Below, piece after piece: positions 1 to 12,100 of a stretch of 64,000 nt of DNA. Within the stretch, counting starts at the first letter, position 1. The number at the start of each line of letters is the position of its first letter. The position numbers and the translations under genes were made by a program. The DNA is from Vicugna vicugna. Its lineage: Eukaryota. The notes below the pieces were generated by a model. That model was not told the DNA's origin. It saw only the letters and a program-made list of their open reading frames with translations, and did no database searches. Where the stretch lies: the NCBI GenBank assembly GCA_013265495.1, contig MU061804.1, forward strand, positions 186,001 to 250,000. The letters run 5' to 3'.

Positions 1-156
1 ACCAGCTGGCCTTTGATGTGGCTGAGAAGGAGCTGGGCATTTCTCCCATCATGACAGGCAAGGAGATGGCCTCGGTGGGGGAGCCGGACAAGCTGTCCAT
101 GGTGATGTACCTGACCCAGTTCTACGAGATGTTCAGGGACGCACTCCCATCCCGAG
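1..156 (+). CDS. MICAL3: Exon (5'-truncated by window), end of CH domain: [52 protein letters not shown]
   Basis: Codons start at position 3; donor GAG|gtaagg at 156/157, phase 1. Confidence 0.98.
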
Positions 157-3100
157 GTAAGGGCGCTGCCCTCCACACCCTTCTTGCGGCTTCCCTGTCT
201 CTCCTCCTGGCCCCGCCTGTGCCACTGAGCAGACGCGCACTTTCCCTGCTCCCTGGCCAGCTGGCAGGGCAAGTCCCTGGGGCCCTGCTCCGCAATTGTT
301 CCGCCTTTCCTCTGACCCAGGTCTTTGCCATGAACCCTACAGATGTGTGCGGCTGTGAGCATTCCTGTCCGGGATCTTTTCCTTGACTCCACCACCTTCT
401 TTCCCTTTCTCTTGGAACCAGCCTCTTGTGAAACTGCCTCGTCTTGGTCTCACTGCAGCGCAGCCTCTGCGACGCTGCTCCGCCAGGCTGTTCTCTGTGG
501 TTGCAAGAAGCCCCCACAGCCACGTTCTCCCCTCCTCCCCTCCTCCCTCATCTTTTCTGCGCTGTTCAGACCTTTCTCTTGACATTCTCTCTTCCTCTTG
601 ACATCTGTGACCTTGGACGGCACTGGCCTCATTCTGTTTCTTCTGTAACTGTTCCTTCTCTGGCTTCTCCTACCTTTTAGTGTTAGCAGAAACCTTCTCT
701 TGGCCCTCAGCCTGCTACCTCAGTCTGCCAGCACACCACAGAAGTACTCTTGTTGTCCTTCATTGTCCCTCAGAGTGAGTGCAGCGTGTGCTCACAAGTG
801 CTGGCCATGGGCCTGACCTGGGTCAACCCCTCAGTGCTTCCACCTGTTCCACTCTGGGCAGGTTACTGGTTCCCTGTGCCTCAGTTCCCCCATCTGTAAA
901 ACAGATGATATGCATGTGATTATGTGGTGCTGTGCTAAGAGTATTTGGCAAACAGAACCACTTAAAGAAATGTTAGCAATGTATTATGACTTTCAATTAC
1001 TATTTTTAAAATAACTAATGAAGCATTGGAATCCACAGGGTTTAGGTACTGCTCTCCAGTGTTTGCTTGCCCACACACTTGTAGACATCTGTGGCTTTTT
1101 CCGATGACATGCACAGTTCTTATAACTAATCCACGACTTCACACCAGTGTACCCATTCCAGGGACCCCTCTTCGAGTGCAGTTGAGTGCAGGTGTCCGCA
1201 CGTCCCCGGACCTGGTCCTGAGGCACTTCTCTTCTCCCCCTTCCCTACCTTTCCCTCTGTGCCTGAACTGTTCGTCACAAGGGCGGCTTCAGCACGTTGC
1301 CATAACTGGCCGCCACAGGCAGACTTCAGTGTTGGAGGTTTTTGCGACTGACTTGGAATGGGGAAGAGGTGGGTTTGTTGGTGTGGACGGAGAAGTGAAG
1401 CCCCAGCGGGCACTTCTTCTGTGGGGCTGCTGGGCTGCCGTGAGCCTCCTGCAGGGAGGGTGGTCCTGTCCAGGACTCTGAGGTGTCCTCCGGGGCTGTC
1501 CCCGAACGTTGCTGATTCCTGTCCACAGACGCCTTGGACCTGCATGCTGAGGAGAAAGCTGTCCTGATCGCCAGCACCAAATCCCCCATCTCTTTCCTAA
1601 GCAAACTTGGGCAGACCATTTCTCGGAAGCGCTCTCCCAAGGTAAGTGGAAGGGTTTTTCCTCCAGCTGCAAAACTGATGCAAGGTGCAGGGGCTGGAGT
1701 AGTGCAGTTCCCTCTGTTCCCTGCAGGACAAGAAGGAAAAGGATGTGGACGGTGCTGGGAAAAGGAGAAAGACCAGCCAGTCAGAGGAGGTGAGAAGTCC
1801 CTGGGAGCTGCCAGGTTGATTGCACTGAATCGCTCTTCTTGGCTTAAGCCCTTAATTTTCAGATTGGCATTGCTGAAGCATTTCAGCTCATCCTTCGTGA
1901 GAATTGTGCACACAAGTGCTTTCTGTGGCTTTTTGCCTCTATCCAATCTTTTGAAGAGCATCCAAGGACACATGTGTGCACTGGGCCTTCCTGCCTCTTT
2001 GGAGTCAGGCGTTTGGTGAAGGGCTGTGGCTTTCCAGGGGTGTGACCACACCAGCGAAAGCCTGCGTAACTGCGTATACTGCCTCTGTGCCTGGGTCCAC
2101 CTGGAGATGAGAACCTGTGCCAGGCCCCAGCTCTGGCCTGGGGGTGGTGTCGTGGGAGGGCTCCCCTAACATGGGCTGCCTCTCAGGGGTCCGTGTTCTC
2201 CAGGAGGATGCACCCCGGGGCTGCAGAGGAGGAAGGCCCATGCTGGTGAGCACGCTGACTGACCGGCGGATGGACATGGCCCTTGGCAACCAGAACAAAG
2301 TGAAGTACATGGCAACCCAGCTGCTGGCCAAGTTTGAAGAGAATGCGCCAGCACAGTCCACAGGCGTGAGGAGACAGGTAAACCCAGCTCACAGCTTGCC
2401 TGTCCAGTGCTGGTCTGGCCACAGAGGAGGGAGAGGCGTTGCCAGTCGAGTGGAGCTCAAGGGTGGTGTCTGCGGGCAGCAGAGAAGTGCGTCCCTCTCA
2501 GGGCCGTTGTGCCCTCACCTGTCGGTCCCTGGGTGTCTGTGGCAGGAGTCCATCCAGGATCTTCAACACGTCGTGTCTAAATCTGTATTCATGGGTACAC
2601 GTTCACACGCATGCCCACATGTGCATAAATAATGAAAGAAATACCTGCTTGTGGAGGAAAGTGCTGAGAAGTACAGTGAAGGTGATTGAGGCGCCTGTAG
2701 CTCTGTTACTGTTCTGCTGTGTTTCTGCTCTTCTTAGTGCCTTCCTGTTTTCATAGTTGAGGTCATTCTTTTTGGGGGTGTTTTAGGTTTATTTATTATT
2801 ATTATTATTTTTTTTTTTTAACGGAGGTACTGGGGTTGGAACCCGTGACCTCGTGCCTACTAAGCATGTGCTGTACCACTGAGCTACCCGCCCCCCCCCC
2901 CAGTTGAGTACATTCTTAATACACTTTTCTGTTCTGCTTTCTTCCTGTAACTTTGGGCGTATCTCCATGTTCCAAACTGTTCATCGGCCTCTTCCAGAAT
3001 GTGTGTGCCATGCCTTTCTTAATCTGTTCTCCAGTGCTGGGTGTGTAAGTTGTTTCTCGTCTTTCGTGACGAGTACAGAGGTGAACATTCTCATGATAAA

Positions 3101-6100
3101 GCTTCTTCCGTGTGTTGCAGATGGTTTTCCTAGACTGTCCTTGAACTAGGTCGAGAACATGAACTTTTTAAAATTGAGATATAGTTGATTTTCAGTGTTG
3201 TGTTAGTTTCTGACGTACAGCACAGTGATTCAGTTATCCGTACACATAGAAGGAATGTGAACGTTTTAAAGATTGTCCATGGACGCTGACTTGCGTTCCC
3301 AGGGGTCCTGCCTGAGAGAGCTGGGTGGCGACATCTGTGAGGTCTTGTCTCTCCTCTTGCTTGTCTAAGTCACGAGGCCTCCTTTCACGGGGAGGTGCTC
3401 GGATTTTGAAGTCCACACTGAGGGCTTCCCACAAAACTGGAGCTGAGCTGGTGTCTGGAGGCAAGGGAGCCTGTGCTCACCCCCTCTCCACGTCTTTGCA
3501 TACCTAGTCCTGGGTTAGATTTCACGCTCCAGGTGCTGGTGCTGACGTGGCTGCAAACCTGCGAGGCTGCCAGGTGGCTCTGGCAGCCCAGGTTCCATCC
3601 CATGTTGGGGAACGGAATGCCCCCCATTGGAGGGAGTCTGGCCCCAGCGGAAGGTTGCTTTCCTCATTTCGAGTGGAGAGATTCGCGTTCCAAGCCAGAG
3701 TCAGTAGTTGAGGCTCAGAGCACGGAGCTAGGGAAACGGTTAGTCAGAACCACAGCTTCTGGTCTGCTTTTCCTGAGCTTGGAGACGGGTTGAGCGTTTT
3801 GTTCCCTCTGTAAGTGTAACTTCCTATGAATTAATTCTGTGCTCCCCACTTCAGTTCACAGATGTGTGTCTGTCCTCCCTGAGGACCACTGTTGTGTCTG
3901 CTGCTTAATGTGTTTTATTTTTTTTGTCTCCATGTCCTGCCCCCTGCTCATTCGTGGCCTGTGTGTCACAGCAGACACAAGAGCGTGGGGTCAGCCAGCC
4001 GTCCTGCTTCCTGCCCGAGCAGGGTTGCTCTGCTCCCACCCCCCGGTGGAAACAGGTAAAGGAACTGCCCAGGGACCAGAACGGTGCTGCCTCCTGGCCT
4101 CCCACCCACCCCTCCCTGGAGCCGGCCGATGGGGGCCTGAGCTGCCAAGCCCTCGCTCCCGGGAGGGGTCTCTGTGCTCACTTGAGTGGCAAGTCTAGGG
4201 GAAAGTTTAACAGATGATACTGACCTGTTTAATTCCCTGGGATTTGGGAAGCCAGTTTTAAGGGTGGGCTGTTAATTTAGTGCTGAAACTAGCTGAAGCT
4301 ACATGGTAAGTTATTCAGGTACCTTAGTCTTTGGGGTTTTGTTGTTACAACCTTCGTCCCAAGTTGACGTTTTGCTGGCATGTTCTCCTGACCACTGGAG
4401 GGGAAGCCTGAATTCGTCCAGCCTGAGACTCAGCGCAGTGGGCCTTTTGTGTTAAATACGGAAATGTTATCCAAAAAATAGCCTCATTTTTGGGTTTTTT
4501 ATTTGTTTCAAGCCCTGGACAAAGATGATCATGGGCTGCTTCTTGGTGTTTTGTCTATCTGAAATACTCTTTTTGGAAATTCTCACTAAAGTTTTTGCAG
4601 GATCTCCTACAAGGCTGCTGCTTCTAAGCAGCGCAGGGCAGGGCAGGGCAGGGCAGGGAGAAAGGGGGCGAAGGGCCTGGAGGGTAAAGGATGCCTGGTA
4701 GGGAGTGGGAGGCCTCTGCCCCGGTTGTGGTTTGGGATCATTGAGGACTGAGGTTCTTAGCGGTCAGATAAGCTGACCCGTGATCCCGCCTGTGCTGTGG
4801 GGTGACAGCTGCTGCTGGGAGGTGCTGGGGAGTAACAGGTTAGGTTTTATTTGAACTGTATTTAGGGCAGAGTTTCTTTCTAGTCTTTCTTTCAATAATA
4901 TGCCTCGTTGAAGGCAGGGCCTGTGAGGCTGAGATGGACGCCCAGGAGCAATGTCCAGACTCAGCACAAAGCCAGGCTGCTTCTTCCCAGTGCTTAGGGG
5001 AGGGGAGGGCTTCTGGAAAAAACTCACTGGAAATTCACTTCTGTCTTATTTACTTACCCTTCGCTTAGAGTAGACCTTCGAAGTCTCGGTGGAAGGTATG
5101 ACTTAAGAGTTAACCTTTGGCTGAGGGCCGGCTGAAGGGGAAGGTGCGCTCTGGCAGGGTCCCCAGACTCTCGGTTCTCCCACTGTTGGGGAGGCGGCCC
5201 CGAAGATGGGCTCCTCAGCCAGGTGCGCTGGGCAGAAGGGGCATCCGGGGCTGTGCTCTTCCTGTCGCTGCAGCTGCTGGTAGCCTCCAGCCTGTGCGGA
5301 TGCCACATGGACGTACTGGGCAACCCGTGACCATGTCAGTGGAGTGGAGTCTGTGCTGCCAGGCTCCCCAGGCAGCAGAACAGGCCCTTCAGGTCAAGGC
5401 TGGTCTGTGGAAGGGGCCCCGGAGACGGCAGTTGGAGGGACCATCCGGGTGGGTAGGTGAGAAGCCAGGAGCAGCGCAGGGCCTCTTGCGTCCTGTGGGC
5501 TTCATGTTGTGTGGAGCCGGAGTTATACGTGGACTCGGCTGTGAGAGGAGTGTGCCAGTCCTGACTTTGTATTCATGGGTAATTTATTCCCAGCACCAAG
5601 CCAGGGAGGACAGAACACTGGGGGCCGAGCCAGATGCCCTGGAAGTGTAGGGACACACAGGAGCTCCGGGGTGCACCCTGGGGCCGGCCCTTCCGCCCCT
5701 TTGTTGTGGGGGTGCGGTGGGCCGGCACACCTTCCACGACTCCCTCCTTGTTTTCCTGGAAGTGGCTCCGATTGAGGCGGGCAGTAGGGTGGCGCTGCAG
5801 CAGTGACCCAAAGTGGTGGTGCGGAAGAGGGAGGGGTGAGTAACGGCTCTGCTCCAGGACCCTCCTTGTCACCTTCCCGTGAAGTCCCCGCAGCCCTTCC
5901 CTCCCCACCCCTCCCCCTTTGATCTCAGAAGTGCGTCCTGCAGGCAGTCTGCAGTGAAGCAGCCTTGTTTTGGCAGTGGACTGTCAGTGAGGTCAGGACA
6001 GACGGAGGAGCGGTTTCCCTGGCCTCTCCCTCCCTGGCTGTGCTGTGTGCTGCCTGCATGGTGGTTCTGGGAGTGAGGAAGTTGAGGACTCCTCCGACCT

Positions 6101-9100
6101 GGGACTCTGGTGATTTTTACATACTGAGGGGTTCTGTCCATCAGAGACAGACTCACATGAAGGGGACGCCATGGGGAAGGGTAAGTGGGGAAGTGACCAC
6201 GGCTATTGTGCCGTGTCAGTTAGTGTAAGAGGTTCAATGTTCACATCCTGTTTCCTGTTCTTGCATTTCCTCGGTAGTTTCCCAGAGCCTTTTAACTGTG
6301 AGTGAGGGACTGAGAGGAGGGCACGGTGCAGGGTGTTGTTGGAGGTGGGACGTGGGGTGCCTGATGTGGGGAGGCCGTCTCCATGTCCCTTTGCCAGGGG
6401 TGGTCTGTCCTCTTTTCTCTCTGCTTGTGACTAAGCCCATGTCTTCTGACCCCAGCTTCCCTGACAAAACCAACGAGGAGGGCTGTGCCCTTGGTCCCTG
6501 GCAGTTACTGCAGGTCCAGACTCCAGGCTGGTGCAGAGCCGACTCTGATCTGCAGACTGTGTGTCTGACCCCAGGCCAGCAACAGCCTGGGATGGGCCAC
6601 CTCCCTGAACGTGGAGGGTGGGAAAGGGCCTCCGGAATGCTCTTGGCAAGTGCTTTTGGTCCTTCCAGAACCAGCCTCAGTGTGGCCAGCCACCCTTCAC
6701 CAGTATTCTCTCTGTTTATGTCTGTTGGTGTAAAAGCGGCGGGAAAAGGAGCATCCTCGGACCTGCCCCAAAAAAGTGATCACACTCTCTCCTTCCCCTA
6801 CTCCACCTCCCTCCCGGGCACGTGGCGGCCAGCAGGTGACCCCTCTGCATGCTTCGTTGTCCTGCCTGCCTGCCTGCCTGCCTGCCTCGGGGGCCAGGGG
6901 AGAGACCAAATCAGGATCCCTTACTTTCACTGATAACTGTTAAAAAAACAAGGAGACTGTTTGTAGTAGAAGCAGCCTTTCTTGCTACAAGCAAGCGAGT
7001 CCTGAGTGGACCTCCAGAGAGTGCACAGCACTGCCAGATCCAGGTGGTTGAAGCTGGTCCTGCCCACAGGAGCACGGCCGCGCAGCACAGACTTCAGCTG
7101 CGCTTGACACAGCGCGAGGTCCAGGGGCCTGGGGGCGGCATGTTTTTATGTAGCCCTGTTACATCAGCCATTTGTGTCTTGCTGCCCAGGGAGATGCAGC
7201 TGAGGTGAACTTTCTGGAGCTTTTTATAGGGCTTCACTCTGTGCGTTTGGTTCCCTCTGACTTGAGAGCCTTTCCGCTTGCTTATCCAGCTTCTTCCAGC
7301 AAACCTGCCCTTCTGCCCACCCCACTCACACGCCAGGCAGGTTGTTGGAGAGCTTTCTTATGGCAGAGTTAACCTTGGATGTGGGTCTGACCACACACTC
7401 ACGGGAAGTGCAATTTGAGAACAACTTCTTTGATTTCTGTTGTGTGTCCCTAGAAAATAAAGAACTGATTTTTAAAGGCAGGGTCTCTGGAAAGACATAT
7501 TCTCAGCTAAGGTAGCCTATTTGGAAGGTGACCCTGAAATATGTCTGATGTTTGAGGGCCCAGCCCGCATCCCTGGGTCTGAGAGCTGAGCCCGTGCAGA
7601 GTCAGTGACCATCCTGTGCCTCATCTCCGCATGAGACCCAGCACAGGGGCATGCTGTGAGTCAGGCAGGATTCTGGGTTCTGTTCCTGTGTTATCTTAGT
7701 TGCTTCTCCCAATAACCCTATGAGGTGGGAGCTGTTGTCACCACCCTCTTACAGATGAGACCAAGGCACAGGGTAGGGAGGCCAAGGTCACCCGGGAAGC
7801 AGTGGAGCCGGGAACAGAATCCTCATGTGACCTTGGCCTCATCGTGTCTGCAGAGACCACGTGCTCACGGGCTCTGGATACAAGTAGCCACCTCAGGAGC
7901 CTTGGGTCAGTGTTTTGCACCAACGCAGGGCTGTCAGGTGAATCCTCGGTTGTTCAGGGAGCAGTTAGAGTGGCCTTCCTGATCCTGGGACGACTGAGTC
8001 AGTGGTATCCTCAGGTCAGCGGAGGCAGCCCTGTGCCTTTCTCACAGGCCCCACCCTCTTGTGTAGGTACCCAGTCTTTGTCCGCCTCTCCCTTTAGTGG
8101 GTTGTGCTTTGGTCCCGTGCTCCTGTTTAGGGCCCACTTCCCGCCCTGGAGTCTCCTCTGGGCTATTCCAGGCACCTTCGGTCTTCCCACTTCTCCTTTC
8201 CAGTGCTGTGTTGTGGAGAGCTTCACCCTCTAACCTGCCTCTCCTTGTACACCCCTACTGACTGCCTCTAACCGAGTGCCACTGTGTGAAAGAGATGTGT
8301 TCGTCCACCTTGGTACTAACCATAGTTCTTTATCTATGTTCCTGACCTCATTGGTGGCCAGGCAGGCAGGACAGCTGTGCAGAAAGTTGTCCTGGAGTCA
8401 CAGGATTTGGTGCAGATGGGATTGTGGTTACTGGGTGGGCACTAGCAGGGGACAGGGGGTACGTATTGGAATGAACTCTGAATTTCTGGCACTGTCACTT
8501 GGTAGGTCCAAATAGAGCATTTGGTTGGAGCCTAAGTTTCTACTTTGTTGCCAACAGACGTACAGGGATCTTGATGCTGACAGCCGTGGCGAGCAGAGTC
8601 CCCACCAAGAAAGGGTAAAGGAGCATGACCGTGGCCTGGGAAGCTGGCAGCCAGACAGATGGGGCACGCGGGGGTGAGGAGGGTAGAGGGAAAGTTGGTG
8701 CGGCCCCTCACCCTTTGCTTTTTGCACACTCTTGCCACCCAGCCAAGAGCCAGAACTCTTTTCTAACAGTGATGACCCATACAGATCACATCTACGGTAG
8801 AGCATTTGTCCACTCAGCATTCAGACTGGATGCGAATCCTGAGAGTCTGTGCTTCTGTGGACAGCCTGATCGGATTGCACTGCCTACTCACCTTCCCATT
8901 CCCAAGTGTGCGCCAGTGGAGGGATAGCCTTTGACCACTGGGGAGGGGTCTAGATCAGTAAGCAGGGGGTGTTTGCTTGGCTCTTTTGCAAGTCCAGGAT
9001 CTTGAGAGAGAAATAGCAAGCTCGTACCAGTCTGGGAGCTTTTCAGCTATAAAGAGGACAGGGGTGGGGGAAGGAAGGTGATGACAAGATCAGGTGCGTG

Positions 9101-12100
9101 GTGTGAGGCTTCAGCTAGCCTTTTCTGAGAAACTGAAGGAGGAAGTGACTGCTCACACCAGCCAGCATATGGTCTGATGAGTAGCAGAGATGCCCATTTT
9201 TAAAAGCCTGCAAATTTTGTGAAACTTTTTTGGTTGTTGCTATTACCCTTAATTGACCCCTGAGTGGGTCTAGCTCTATGGCGACAGTGAAGAATCACGT
9301 CTGTTAGTTTCACATGAGCCTTTTTCTCTTATTTTTGCCTCCGCTTTTGCTGCTGCTCCCCTGGGAGTGCAGAGCCATCTTCCCGCATCACTGAGCGGAG
9401 GGTAGGCTGCCCAGGAGACCGGAGGGGCTGTGGCGCCTCGCACCACGTCCTCCCACGGGCACTGCATGAGCCAGCCCGTTTCTTCCTTCTTCGCAAGCTG
9501 GTTCCTCTCAAAAAGAAAACTAGGCATTTTCACTGAACAGGGCAATGGCCTACGTTTTGGGGACTGCGTACTGAATGAGGTCCTGAGGTGTGTAATGAAG
9601 CAGTGCCTCCGTGGAGAGACGTGTGTTGAATGAAAGGAGAGATGAGAGGGAGAAGCTGTCAGAAGTTTGGGGCTGCAGGGCACAGCAGGAAAGGTGGGAT
9701 TTTGAACTCAGGAAAGTTTGCGGGCAGTTTTTTCTAATTTTCCCGGTGGGCTGGTTTCCAGATTCTTCAGTGCAGGTCTCCTGTCCAGATAGATACTTTT
9801 GAGGGTTTATGTTCCATCTAGGGCCTTCCCTCCACGGCTCATAACCAGCCTGCGCACGCACCTGCTCTCCGCCCCACAGCTCTGCCGTTCAGGGAGCTCA
9901 GTCTCTCCCTGTTTTCTCTGAGCCGCTCTGAGCTGAAGTAGAGGGCTGAGGGGCCAGGGCTTCTCATCACTGTGACAGCACCCCTCCCTGTGCTCTGCAG
10001 GTCTCTCCCCCTGAACGTGTGGGAAACCAGGCAGTTACTGCTTGCCGGGCTCTCAGCTGCTTTTTCTCTCTGGGGACCAGAGAAGTCCTGGCTGCTCGAG
10101 CCACCTTTGCTCCACATACTGCTTATGGTCTGCAGAAGACTAGGGGCGGGCTCTGAGGCAGGCAGTTTCTCAGCACCAGCAGGAGTAGGAGAAGCCACAT
10201 TCCTGGGTTTTGTGTAGAAAGTTCAGGCTTCACTCCAGACGTGCTGTCTCTACTGTCCGCTCATTGTAAGGCTGGCAGAGTGATGAGGTGGTAGAATCTC
10301 CTTCTGCCAGAGAGAAACCCCAGCTCAGGCCTGAGCACAAAGTGCCTATGTGAGCAGGACACTGCCTCCTGGCTGGCTGTGCTATGCACCCGGGTGGGCG
10401 GATGGGGCATTGAGTAAGAGAAAACACGGCTTCCGAGGGGCTCACGACCATGGGACCGTGCTGTAGCGCGAGCGTGGCTGTGAGCATGAGGGTTGGTGAG
10501 CTGAGGGCCAGTGGGAACCTGCAGCGAGCCATTGGTGCTTCTGGGACTGAGTGTTTCCTTGTTGCATCTGCCATTTAGATAAAGGGTCTGAAACTGCCAA
10601 GTTCCTTATGTCAGGTTAGTGTGCAACTTGTAATTTAATGTTTCCTTTGATTTGTCTTTTCCGCCTTGTATTTTATAGCCAGAGCCTGAGCCTTCTCGTC
10701 GATTTCTTGTTGACCAGTGGGAGCTTTCTCTTAGCCTCCGCTCCTCCAGCCGCCCTGCCTCTCCCTCCTCTGACTCCCTCCGACAGGTAGCATGCCTGGG
10801 ATTGGCAGCCTCCGCTCACCTCACCTGCACAGTGCCCACCTGTCTCCTTAGGAGTCCCACGTGTGTGCCTGTCGTGCGTGAGAGGTCGGTAGCCGGGCCC
10901 CGGTTAGGAGACTGCCAGCTGTCGTCAGAGCAGACTCTGCCCGAGTAAACCCGCTTTCCTCACGGTGCAGCTGTACCAACTAACGATAAAACGGTTTTCA
11001 GGTGTTAGCTTTTTTAAACTCCAGATGTCTTCGCGTTGATGTGTTACAAAACACGGACCATAGTGCAATTAAATCTCTTAAACAGAGTGGTGAATATGCA
11101 GTATTCCAGGAGCCTCTTGATTTGTAATCATTTAAGGAATAAACCCTGCTGCTTCCTGCAGTGGAACTGGTCCCACTGGAGAGCAGTGCACAGCAAGGTT
11201 GGAGGATCTTCTTGCCCTTTCTGTCTGTGCCGTGCTCCTGAGCTTGGAGCCTGTGTGTGGAGGCCTGTACAGGTATGGTGACAGCAGTGTGAGTCCAGAG
11301 GCTGCTGCATTTCGACTGTTCCTTACAAGTGGGAGAAGGAAGCCATCTACTCTTCTTGCCAGAAACAGATAGACCTGAGTCTCCACCCTCCTGGGGGTGT
11401 GCTTGTCACCATGACCCAGCTCTGAGAGCAGAACTGACGGATACCTTCTCACGCAGACGGCCTGGGGCTGTGATTCCTGAGGGCGCTGGTTTCTGGTGGG
11501 AGAGAAGGGTCCTGGCTGAGCAATGAGGGCCCCTGCAGGGCTTGCTCAGGGTCCCGGCCTCACACTTGGCTGCTGGTCCACGCCCTCGCTATCTGCCGTA
11601 GAACGAGGGGAGTGCAGTTTTCTACTCCCTGGTGTCAGCTGTCAGCTGGCCTGCCTGGCTCTGCCTGCTCTCTGTCTGTTGCAGGCTTAAGCTTCCCTGA
11701 TGTTTCTAATCCAAAGAAGGTTTAGGTCTAAGAGCCACTTGCTTTTCTCGACCACCGAGGGCTGTAAGTTGCGGAGTTAATGAGCAGATGGCACCAATCT
11801 CTGGAATCTCTTTATTTTAAATTGAAAAATATAATTGCCTCTTCCATCCCAGCCGAACCTTGAGTTGTTTGCTCATCTGTTCTGCTGGTTCTCAGACTTA
11901 CGTAGAGTTAGTTTCTCCCAGCGCCTTTCTCCTGTTTGTCCTTGGCCTGGCCCAGGACATGCTGTTGCTCAGGCTGGTGATTCCTGTGTTCAGCCACTTC
12001 CTAATGGGGTTGTTGGCATTCCTCAGACAGCTGCTCCTGGCGTGTTTCTGATTCAGAATTAGCGTCAGGCTCCTCGCACCTGGTGGGCACACAGCTCCGA

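Noticed and set aside
2546-2594. Possible exon [16 protein letters not shown] after gtggcag
   Set aside because: Weak donor (ATGG|gtacac), 49 nt breaks the frame, and I found no compensating partner exon or clear poly(A) signal.
4281-4305. 25-nt segment between aatttag and a strong ATG|gtaagt donor
   Set aside because: Not a multiple of 3, immediate TGA in phase 0 and a poor pyrimidine tract; unsupported without reads.
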